Below, piece by piece: positions 26,620 to 37,600 of a stretch of DNA of 64,000 nucleotides (position 1 is its first letter; each line of letters starts with the position of its first letter). The notes under the pieces are model-generated. The model did no database searches. It was not told the origin of the DNA and worked only from the letters and a program-made list of their open reading frames with translations. Made by a program: the position numbers and the translations under genes. Source of the stretch: Schmidtea polychroa (lineage: Eukaryota); NCBI GenBank assembly GCA_044892525.1, contig CM097885.1, forward strand, positions 218,674,001 through 218,738,000. Reading direction: 5' to 3'.

Positions 26620-27592
26620 CTAGAAAATAAAATGAAGGTAAATTGGCTAGAATTTTATGATAAATATGATATCTTAAACTACAAAGTAAAATATAACAAA
26701 ATGGAATTGGTAATAGAATTTCCTGAACTGCATTTATAAATAGTGTTTTAAACTTTAATTTATTTTCATTCCTTTATCTTCATTTCCTGTATGAATATCA
26801 ATAAAATAAAACATTAATCTAAAGTCTTCGAAGATAAAAGAAACTGAAAAAAAACATGATGAAAATATAAAATAAATATTCTATTATTAATTTGAGAAAT
26901 CAAGAGATCAAAACTATTAAATAACAAGATACCTTTCAGCTATCAATACTGGAGTAAAAGGATGAAATTTGAAAATTTTATAAAAGAGATTTGGAAGCAA
27001 TTATGATATCATTTTTATGTTGTCCGCAGAAATGAGCTGTTTTGCAAATATTTAGAAATATAGGTTCTAATAGTTATGGAAAAGTGGCTCTATAATAAGT
27101 GTATACTACAAATTCTTTAGTGAAATATTATTATTAATTTAGGAGAGTAAAAATTTAATCAAGAAGCCTCGAGAAGTCTAAATTATAATTGTAAAAATTA
27201 TAGTGTATACCGACCCCAGCGATTGCAAAATATCAGTGGGTGAAAATTTCATATTGCCACCTTTGATTTTAAGAAATAATAAATTATTAAGATTTACTTG
27301 TCCATATAATAATACCAAATTATTTTATACTAAGAATAGTAAACATAAATTTTAAAAATAATGATTCATGCAAAATATGACGCCTTTGTGGCGGTCAAGC
27401 ATTGTATATGCCTACTACTAGCCATGGTGTATATCAATGATGGTACCAAGTGAGATTTCGAGTTAACGCGCAAAGCTGTTTTAAATCAGCACTAATCTAG
27501 CTTACGATATTCCTTAATTGGTTTTAGCCTAAAATACTATGTATTAAATTACATGTTCCAATAAGTAAAATAGATCTCCAAGTAATTATTTA

Positions 27593-28447
27593 TGTTGGGT
27601 TTTTAATGCAAGTCGGTACTACGGTCTGACTCCTTTGTGTTCTTTTCCAAATAAATAAATAAACAAATAACCCAACACAAAATCTTTATTGACACTGATG
27701 CAGTTACACTTTTACACTTGTATTAGTTTACTCACACTTGATACAATCAGGTTTTGTCTGCACTTTTCAATTGCCAACAAATCTCACACAGGGGTAGATC
27801 TTCCAACGGGAGATATCCCTTTCTGGTACGTTCGATTTTTTTTTTATATGGTTTACTTTCGACTAACTTTGATATTTCCTTTTTCACTCGCGTCAACCTC
27901 TGTTTTCTTTTCTTCGACCAACTGGCATTTTGTTTTCTTGTCAGTTGCTTTTATACTCGCTTGTTAATTGACTTTATTTTTGCCAATTATTTTTGGTTTT
28001 ATTTCCCCCGGGCTTCCTCTTGGAGGTCTAATTTAATTGAAGGGAATTTGCTCATTTCCTTTGACGGCGCTTTTTATCCGGCTAAATTAATTGCCTTCCC
28101 GAAATTGGATTTCTCAATTCGCTCGGGTTTTCCATTGTATCGGGTTTCCCATTAGCTCGGGTTCTCCATTAGCTCGGGTTTCCCATTAGCTCGGGTTTTC
28201 CATTAGTTAATTAATTTTTGTTTTTTTGTAATTTATTCCTTTTAGGGACCCCCCATTGATTTTATTTTATTATAGCTGAACTCGTCTCATTATTCAGCAT
28301 CCGCCCATACCAGTTTCCCCCAGAAAATATTCATTTTTAAAATTTTGATTTTTTAATTAATATTTTGTACTTTAAATTTTTATTTTGAATTTGGTGTTTT
28401 TGTCAATTTTCACCTCATTTTTGTGCCTCTCTTGTTGAACCCCAACA
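27593..28447 (-). repeat. 3' LTR (855 bp)
   Basis: TGTTGGG...CCCAACA; differs from the 5' LTR by 2 substitutions and 1 homopolymer indel that I could see. Confidence 0.97.
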
Positions 28448-28461
28448 TATTTCCCCCCTTT
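28448..28461 (-). other. polypurine tract
   Basis: AAAGGGGGGAAATA immediately before the 3' LTR. Confidence 0.92.
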
Positions 28462-30625
28462 AATTTAGATTCGACCTCGAATCTGTACATTTCTTATGGT
28501 TCAAACAACAACAACAATAGTACCAATACTAATAACAATAACAAAATAATAATAATGTTCTTATAGTTGAAATAACAACAGTGATAGCAACAGCACTTAC
28601 CATTACCATTACCATTATTAAATTATTATAATACCAATAAATTGAGATGAATTTTTAAATGTAAAGGGTGAATGTAAATAAAACATTGAAATAAAAAAAA
28701 TTTGCTTAGAAATTTTCAAAAATTTTACCTAATAGATTTTTGTTGGATTATTTACAAGACAAAAAAATATTAATGTAAAATTTGATAAATTTTCATAATT
28801 AACTATAAAAATATTTGCAATTATCTTAAAATAAATATTTCCCAACAATTAAAACTGTTGAAATAAATTTCATTTTTGTTGATTAAAACATTCTTGTATT
28901 TATTGAAATTAGAATTGATGAAATTTCTCTATTAGTCTAAAATTACTTAGTTGAAAGCTCATTGATATTAATCAGTTTAGTTAAATGCCCAGATGGGATG
29001 AGGCAAATTCATCTGCTGTGTCAGTGGCAGAATTTCAGTGGGCCAATATCGAATTACTCAATTAGATTGCAGTTGAGGGCAATTAAATTATTTACGAAAT
29101 TGGTTTGCGCTTTTGACGGGAGATTCAAAAAGAAAATGATAATTAAATCCACCCATCATCCGATTGAATTTTTTTTTCAAATCTACAATTTGGACAACTA
29201 ATTCAAGGGTAATTTAATTTTGTTTCGCAAAATAGATTTATTTTTTTTTCTTCTTTCAGTTCTTACACGAGATAAGGAGAAAGCCAATCAGAAGAAAGGA
29301 GGGAAGAAACGAATTTTTTTTACTTTATAAAGGCAATCACATTTCCATATCATTTTTCATTGTTTTGTTAATTTTGAAATTATTACCATAGAATATTATT
29401 ACCTGATTATACCGAAATTATAAACAGATTATTCTTAGTTAACATAGAAATATAGTTGGACAAAACTAATAATAAAGTTCGTAAATAATAATTTTATTTT
29501 ATTTTGTTTTTTTCATTTCCCTCTTAGATTATAGATATTTAAACAGAATTTTCGGCACTGGCTTTTACAAGTGTTTGGACAAATATAAAACAAAATAAAT
29601 GATCAACAATGCAAAAAGGAAATGAATATTTTACAGCTTTTGTTTTTTCACACAGACAATCCGAAAAATCACCCCCGAACCGACGGCGCACCGTCTCATC
29701 CACTCCGATCTGACACAGCCGATGTGGACAGCCAAGCCCCCACCCATCGTTGGCTTGACAAATATTAATTTTATTTTTTGAAGTTAATTTTATATTTATG
29801 CATTAAAGTAAGTAAATTTTCTTTTCAATTGAATTTAATAAAAATTTTTGTAAATTTTCTTTTTGATTGAATTAGTATATAAAAATCAATGCAATGTTTA
29901 TAATATTTTGAAACCAATTATAAATTCGTATAATAAACTGCTAATGAATTTCCAACACACATGTAAGTTGATGTGTAAATGATTGAGAGGTTTTCTTTTT
30001 ATTATAGGCGGTTTTATTAAGTGAAACATGGATAATAGTAACAACAACAACAATAATACTAACAATAATAATAATAACAAAACATAAACAATTCTGAAAA
30101 ATTAAAAATTAATTATTTCATTTTAAATAAAAGTTCATCAAAATATTTTCAATTTTCAAATCAAAATTTCTGAAATTTATTTTTTCCCTTAAACTTTTGT
30201 GTCTGTTACTGAAAATGAAATTTGATAATATTTCAACCGAAAATTAGTCGATAAAAACGTAGACATTTTATTTTTGACTAATTAAACATAACAAAACATC
30301 TCAATGCTTTATACTGGAAGATGGGAATGAAATTGTCTAATGAATTTTTAATAATAAATTGTTATGATTTGTGACAACCTGTTTATGTGGCTCTTTAAAA
30401 CTACTCATTTCCAATTGTTGTCCAGGGTAGCCAAACCCCGACAATTGGAAATGTGTTTGTTGTTATACACAATAATAAGTTTATTTATTTATTTAATCAT
30501 TTATTTACTCTCAATTATTTACTTATTTATTCTTATTTTTGGGGTCTAACTGATGCGCTGCCAATAAATACATGAGACAAAATCGAGTTCACAATTATTT
30601 ATTTTATAAATACAATATATAAAAA

Positions 30626-32095
30626 TTAATCCATCTTTATTTCTAATCGTTTCGTTTCATGCCGATATCGTATTATTGTCTCTTCGCGTTCATATACTAC
30701 ACCATTGACAGTGACAGTGTCTCCGACATCAATGTTCGAAGTTGTTTTTCTCTTTTTGGATTTTCTACATTCTGGCATTGGACCATATTCAAGTGTTGGA
30801 TGTATCCTTATCATCGAAATGCTTTCCATTAATGCGACACCTTCTTCCGCAATTTCTAAGAATGATTCATTGGCCCACTTCACTTGAATCAATGGATTTT
30901 CATTATCCATCGTCACATTCTCCTCGAATGTTAAATCAATTTCTTCAGATTCCATTACATCTTCAATTGGAATTTGCGTTAGTTTTTCCGGTATTGCAGT
31001 TGATGTTGATTCAATTTCCCGAAGCTTCTTATATTCGTCCCACGAATATCGCTTTGACGGTTGATTTTTGGGCATCGGTATGTCATCAATCCATTGACTT
31101 TCTACTTTCTGGTATACCTTGCGTATACTTTTCACGTCCTCGAGAGCCGAATGAATACTCATCTGAGTCTGTTCTCCACATATTTCTTTCACCACTGTTT
31201 GTAATTTGAACCATTCTCCCCTTATGGTTACTCCCATGTTCTGAAGTATTGGTGCTGCTGCTAGATCTCGAATGCCGTACAATTGTTCAATCCATATCCC
31301 CAAGTATTGTAATTCTGCATGTAAATCATGGCCGATCAATATCTTGCCCACTGTCAAGCGTTGAATTTCTTTTATTGCCACGTATTGATCACATTGGTTC
31401 CTGCTAGCCACTTCTGTAATTCCATGGATCCTTGAATTAAAATGTCGGATTTTTCCTCTTGGAGTGAGGTATACATCTTTTACTACTTTTCCATAATAAT
31501 TCATAATTGCTATTGCTAAAGGGATCATTTTCCCTTGGTCTGATGTGCCATATTCAGCATCAATGAATAATATTCTATTGCGGATTTCTTCTAGATCCAT
31601 TTCTTTTCGGAGAAACGACATTTTCTTTTTCAACATTTCCTTTGAAATTTTCAATAACATTGGGTCTTCTCCTTCAATTAGATGCATCTGTGGTACCTCA
31701 TCCGCTTCATTCTCAGTTCTGATTTCCACCACCAACGTTGTCTCCTCATTCGCTGCTCGTAGTGTTCTCCACATGAAGTCCTTCTGCAGCTTCCATGATG
31801 TGAATTTTCGGAGTTGCCACCATATTGTATTATCGTTCTTCAGCACTTCCACTGTACCTCTGATCACGTGTATGTGATATTCTTCCTTCTGAGACAACTC
31901 AATTTCATCTGTCAATTTCAATTCTGAATTTCTCCTTATTGTAAACATTCGTATCTTCATTCTTCTGTCATCTATCCGCAAATAATTTGGAATTTGTAAA
32001 TTTTCATTGATTTCGTATAATTGTTGGCTGGCATGATTTTTCTGCATCTTGAAGTAACTGTCGTAGGTGGATCTTGCCCATTGTACTTGTTCCAT
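30626..32095 (-). CDS. proviral accessory ORF (489 aa) with ISG20/REX4-like DEDDh 3'-5' exonuclease domain
   Basis: ILFIDAE (Exo I), IHGIT, KILIGHDLHAEL (Exo II), HSALED (Exo III) with ISG20-like spacing; intact ORF; TTTTAG acceptor with 5 nt between it and the ATG. Confidence 0.85.
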   Translation of the reverse strand: MEQVQWARSTYDSYFKMQKNHASQQLYEINENLQIPNYLRIDDRRMKIRMFTIRRNSELKLTDEIELSQKEEYHIHVIRGTVEVLKNDNTIWWQLRKFTSWKLQKDFMWRTLRAANEETTLVVEIRTENEADEVPQMHLIEGEDPMLLKISKEMLKKKMSFLRKEMDLEEIRNRILFIDAEYGTSDQGKMIPLAIAIMNYYGKVVKDVYLTPRGKIRHFNSRIHGITEVASRNQCDQYVAIKEIQRLTVGKILIGHDLHAELQYLGIWIEQLYGIRDLAAAPILQNMGVTIRGEWFKLQTVVKEICGEQTQMSIHSALEDVKSIRKVYQKVESQWIDDIPMPKNQPSKRYSWDEYKKLREIESTSTAIPEKLTQIPIEDVMESEEIDLTFEENVTMDNENPLIQVKWANESFLEIAEEGVALMESISMIRIHPTLEYGPMPECRKSKKRKTTSNIDVGDTVTVNGVVYEREETIIRYRHETKRLEIKMD

Positions 32096-32527
32096 TTTTG
32101 CTAAAATAGTTATAATTTAACGTTTGAATTTAATTTACTTTTAAAACTAGGGCTGAGATGAAGTATCCGAAGGATACTGTCCCAGCTACTAGCTGTATAA
32201 ATAATAATAATAATAATAATTACCGTTTAGTTAATTGTTGATATATTTTTTTTTTTTGAAAATTAATGGAGTTTAATGGATTTTACCCTCTTTTAATACC
32301 CTTATGAAAATTCCCTTAACCCCGTTTTTCTCTCCCCCTTAACACAGCGCTAACCAATCAAATTGGTTCTTTCCGTTGACATTGAAAAGTGCAGATTCAC
32401 AAGTAAAATAAAATGAAATATTGATCATATCCATAATGAAATAAATATTAATAATATCCATAAAATATTTATACTATATTACTACTACTACTTTATCAAT
32501 TTTTGCATGCAAAGTATTTATGTCTTA

Positions 32528-34602
32528 CTACACAAATGTTTCTTCATAAACGATCCAAGGTCTCGCAATCTCGGATCGATTCGTAGAAGATTTGGGTATT
32601 GTTCGAAATTCAATTAGCACAATGATAATGAGAATAATGAGAGAGATTGTTATAATGAGAGTAGTTATTAATAATGTTACACACACAATTTCACTGTCAG
32701 TTTTTAATGACGATATGGTTTTGTTATTAGTCATTGACTCATTGATGCTAGAAAAGATGATTACGTTGACAGAGCTAGGGGTTCGGTTGGACTGATTTGA
32801 TTTGTTTCGATTTCCATACTGCGAGTTAATAGATGGAATTTGCACAATTTTATTTTCCACTAATGTTAATTGCCATAAATTTGAAAATAGAGAACGTCTA
32901 TAGTATTTTATTTTAATGAACACAAATTTTGACGTCGATATTGGTGAACGTTGACGAAAAGTTAATATTTGAGATTTATTTTTTTCATTTAATATCGATT
33001 GAATTTTTCCATAATAATATAAAATAGCTTTTTGATTGGGCTCCGCTTGTCGGGTAACATTCACTAATTGATTGAAAATATGAAAAGTAACCCGATTTGT
33101 TTCATTAACTAATCGTATCATATGTTGACTAGAGTGTATTCTGATCCATTGACTATCAATTTCAGTTCCGTTTTCATATAAAGATTTTTCATAATAATGA
33201 ATCAGAATATTATAGTTATGATGTACTTTTAAATTTGCATACTTTATAAAGGGTTTTCTGCTATTCAATGTATCTATCGCATAATTTTGAAAAACTGCTT
33301 TTACTTGTTGGGATTCCTGGGGTTCCCAAAATATGTCAATTCCATTTACCAGTGGTTCAATTGATACTCGATTATGTAATCTCTTTGTCCAAATATTAAT
33401 ACGTATAAGATTTTGTATTTTTGTATTATTACTTTTCGAATCCAATTGCGTAATTAACCAAGGGTATTCATAATTCATTGTTAATTGTCTAGCCACATAA
33501 ATATTTTTGGTGCTGTTCAATTTTATTGGGGGTTCGAAATAGTTTATTAGATTATCTATCTCTATTTCTTCTGCTCCTCCAGCATAATAAACCCAAACTA
33601 TTTGAGTACATGTTGAATAAATATGAACTTTGTCTAATAATACAACTGTATTAGTTGCATATAACGGGAATACTCTCACTGCATTTACTGACATTATATT
33701 GATAATCATTACTGTTGTAATCAATAAAACTTTATTGATGTAACTCAATGGAGCAGGGTTTTTTGTAAACTTTTGTTTAATTACTGGGTTCCTTGCATCT
33801 TTATTTGGTTTTGATCTCAATGGATAACGTGATTCATCTTCTATTATCTTCTTGCATCTGTTTACATGAACGATGATTGTCCCAGCCTTTTTATTGTTTT
33901 GTGGACGCAATTTTAAGTTAGTCTCTGTCGTATCACACACTAGATATGGTCCTTTAAACGGTCGTTGCAATTTCGTTGACAAGCCTTTTGTTGGTTCTGG
34001 TTTGTTTATATACACGAGATCTCCAATTTTAATGTCATGCGCCCGTGCGCGTTTATCATAGCATTCTTTATACGCTTCTTGATGATGCCTTATGTTAAGT
34101 CCAGCTTGGATCCATACTGACTGTAGTCTTTCATGCATAGCTATTTTATAATCTGACACATCCATATATTGGGAAATAGGTGACTGAAATTCTAGATCGA
34201 CTGGCATATTGTTTCGCCGTAGATACATGAGATAAAAGGGTGTTTCTCCAGTGCTTTCATTTACTGCATTCCGGTATGCAAATAGGCATGGTTTAATGAA
34301 TAAATCCCAATCCTTTTGTTTCCTATTTACATAGGATGATATCATATTAATTAGTGTCCCATTAAATCTTTCAACTAGACCATCTGTTTGTGGATGATAT
34401 GGTGAGGTACTAAGTTTTAATATACCAAATAAATCTGTGATTGATTTAAATAATTCACTCTGAAAATTTGTTCCTTGATCTGTAAGTAATTTCTTTGGTG
34501 CTCCGTATCGAAAAATAATATTCTCCACAAATATTTTCGCAACTGTTTCTGCTTTCTGATTTGGCATTGCATAAGCTTCTGGCCATTTAGTAAGATAATC
34601 GC
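32528..34602 (-). CDS. polyprotein C-terminal part: integrase core and GPY/F, then signal peptide, glycosylated ectodomain and TM anchor
   Basis: DYLTKWPEAYA, LLTDQG, HPQTDGLVERFN, FKGPY, IVHVNRCK; then VLLITTVMIINIMSVNA and IVCVTLLITTLIITISLIILIIIVLI. Joined to the upstream ORF by restoring one T in the run at 34603-34607. Confidence 0.9.
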
Positions 34603-37600
34603 AAAAACGATAATGTATTTGTTGCCATTTGTTGTTTCTGGCAATGGACCAACGATGTCCATTGCTGTCATTTCCATTGGCGCCTTTGGCACTGGCATAG
34701 GCTTAAGCGGAACTTTTATTTTCCGTCCCGTATTTCGTCTTGTTAGGCATATCTCACACGTATGACACCATTGTCTGACATCTTGTTCCATCGTTTTCCA
34801 ATAATATTTCTGTTTCAATCTTGATAATGTTTTTCGCGCTGATAAATGCCCTCCTAATGCTCCATCGTGATACAACAACAGCAATGCTTTTCGATGTTTT
34901 GTCGGAACAATAATTAACAAATTTTCATTTTGTACACATTTTAACAAACCATCATGAATAATGTATTTATGGTTCTCTTCGGCAATATGTTTCCAGTCAC
35001 TCTCCTTTTTGATTGAGACAGCATGTTGACGTAACTGATTTAATTCCTCGTCATTTTCCTGATCATCTTGTAATTTTTCGATATTATTTACCGTTTTAAT
35101 TGCCAAGAATATTGTATTTTCGCAATTTTTCTCATCTTGATCAACATTATTTTCTACGGGTATTCTCGACATAGCATCCGCATTTGCATTTGATTTTCCT
35201 GTACGATACTTTATCTCGAAATCATATTCTTGTAACGCAATTGACCACCTAATTAATTTACTGGCCGAATCTCTGTGCTTCATTAGCCATTGTAACGGAT
35301 TGTGATCTGTAAAGACGACAAATTTTCTGCCCACTAGATATTGTCGAAAAGTAGTTATCCCATATACCAATGCTAACGTTTCCTTTTCGATTGTTGAATA
35401 ATTCTTTTCATGAGGTTTCAATGATCTGCTGGCATAAGCAATTACATGATCTTTTTCCCCTTCTACTTGCTGTCCTAATACCGCGCCTAATGCGAAATTA
35501 CTGGCATCTGTCATTAATATAAACGGTTTTTTAAAGTTCGGACATCTTAATATCGGCTGTTTTATTAAGCTTTCTTTGAGTTTATCAAACGCTTCTTGCT
35601 GAGCTGTTGTCCATTTAAATTTTGCTTGCTTTTTCAATAACATGTTCAAAGGTTGTGCTACGTGTGAGAAACTTTTAATAAACTTTCTGTAATAACTGGC
35701 TAATCCCAGAAATTGTCGAACCTGATCTACATCCTTGGGAATAGGATATTTCCCAATTTTTTCTACATTTTCTGGATTTGGTTGCAAACCTCGACGCGAA
35801 ATGATATGACCCACATAAACGACTTCAGATTTCCCCCATTCACATTTGGAGGGTTTTATTTTTAAGTTTGCTTCTAACAATCGCTTGAATACTGTTTCCA
35901 CATCCTGCAAATGTTCCTGAAAACTATTCGAAAATATTATAATATCGTCAATATACACTAATGCATGTGGTATATCGCGCAAAACAAAATTCATACCTCT
36001 CTGAAATGTAGCAGGTGCTCCTGTTAATCCGAATGGTAACACGTTAAACTCATATAGACCCTTCCCATCTGAAAATGCAGTTTTCCTTCTATCTTCCTCT
36101 TTGACTTTAAATTGATTGTATCCTTTATTAAGATCTATTACCGTAAAATATTGCACCTCCCCCATCTGATCGAACATTTCCTGTGGAACAGGAATAGGAT
36201 ATGTATCTTTTCTCGTTACTTGGTTCAATTTTCGATAGTCGACACAAAATCTTAAATCACCGTCCTTCTTTTTAACTACTACTATTGATGATGAGAATGG
36301 TGAGGAACTATCTCTTATTATATTGAATTCTTTCATTGCTTTGATTTGCCGATCACTTTCTTCCTGATGTATGTATGGTATTCTGTACGGCCGTAATTTT
36401 ATTGGGGTTTCGTTGAGTAATGGTATTTCATGCTCAATCACCTGAGTGAGTCCCAGATCATACTCATGTTTTGCAAATACATTTCTATATTTCTTTAATA
36501 ATGCACCGAATTCTTGTTTTTGCAAATCCGTCAAATCTTTGCTTGTGATCTGAGGTTCTTTATAAATTTTTATATTTCTCGGTAACTTCTGAGCTTCCTC
36601 TGATTTGATTTTTGTTAATTTTCCCAATTTGGTTTTGGGTTTTATCTCAACGGATCTTGCACTATAATTCGCTATTCTAACTGGTACTGACTTATTTTGG
36701 ACTTTCACTACTTCATCACACATAGGCACATCGTATTTTTCAACCAGCTTTTGATTTGGCTCAAATATGTACTCCTCATCTGAGACCCTCATAACATCTG
36801 CATAGTATATTACTTCGCTTTTTGGTGGTACTTCCAATGTTTGGTTTAGAAATACCTCTCCTACTTCAGGCACTACTTCACCCATTTGTCCTTTTATTAG
36901 TTTTCCAGTTCTCAGATCAAGAGAGATTCCATGTAGTTGCTCCATGACATCCATGCCAATTAGACATTTTACAGGACTTTTTCTCATCACTGATACCCAA
37001 TGAATTATTTCTTGCTCTCCAATTATCAGTTTAACTTCTAATTTTCCAACAATATTTAGTGCATTATGTGACATTGATTTAATAATGTGATTCGTTGGTT
37101 TTATTTTGGCTTTCTCCTGATACGTCAAGAAACTTTCCGCTACTATAGTATGACTTGAGCCTGAGTCTAATAAAGCTTCCACTTTTCTCTTGTTAAACTG
37201 TATGTTTATTCGAGGTTGTTTTCCTCCTACTACTGTTGTCATTAGTGCATAGCTGCATGGTAGACCAAGCATATTCTTTCTTTCAATTTCAGCACTCGTT
37301 GGTTCAATCTTCTCTAATTCGATTGTGATATTATCTACAGGTTTCATTTCTTTTAATTGTTCATTTGGATATATTGGTGCTGTTGGTCTAAATGTCGGGG
37401 TATACCATCTACTAAGAGTATCAATCCCGCTTAATTTTGGCATTGGTTCAAGCAAGAACCTGGACTCTGGCTCTACTTTACTCTTTATTACACTTTTTCG
37501 AAAGCATTTATACTCCGATTCCCCGTTGTTGTTATCATCATTATGATCGTCGTTTTTATCTTCCGACTGACACGTCGATTCCTCACTTTTTCGGCCATTT

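Noticed and set aside
27689-28155. ORFs inside the LTRs (also 43284-43684)
   Set aside because: Low-complexity pyrimidine-rich LTR sequence; the frame differs between the two LTRs because of a homopolymer indel.
28120-28206. Short tandem repeats as a CRISPR array
   Set aside because: No unique spacers, no cas genes, eukaryotic LTR context.
29898-30080. 60-aa poly-Leu ORF in the proviral 3' region as a viroporin (similar tract at 28500-28630)
   Set aside because: No ATG, and the hydrophobicity is an automatic result of (AAT/AAC)n microsatellite. An upstream TTCAG could allow splicing, so it is worth revisiting only if conserved.
30705-31877. Plus-strand ORFs opposite the exonuclease ORF
   Set aside because: Antisense shadows; no independent evidence.
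32147-32192. Hairpin as a hammerhead ribozyme or SECIS element
   Set aside because: Lacks the CUGAUGA...GAAA core arrangement and SECIS geometry.
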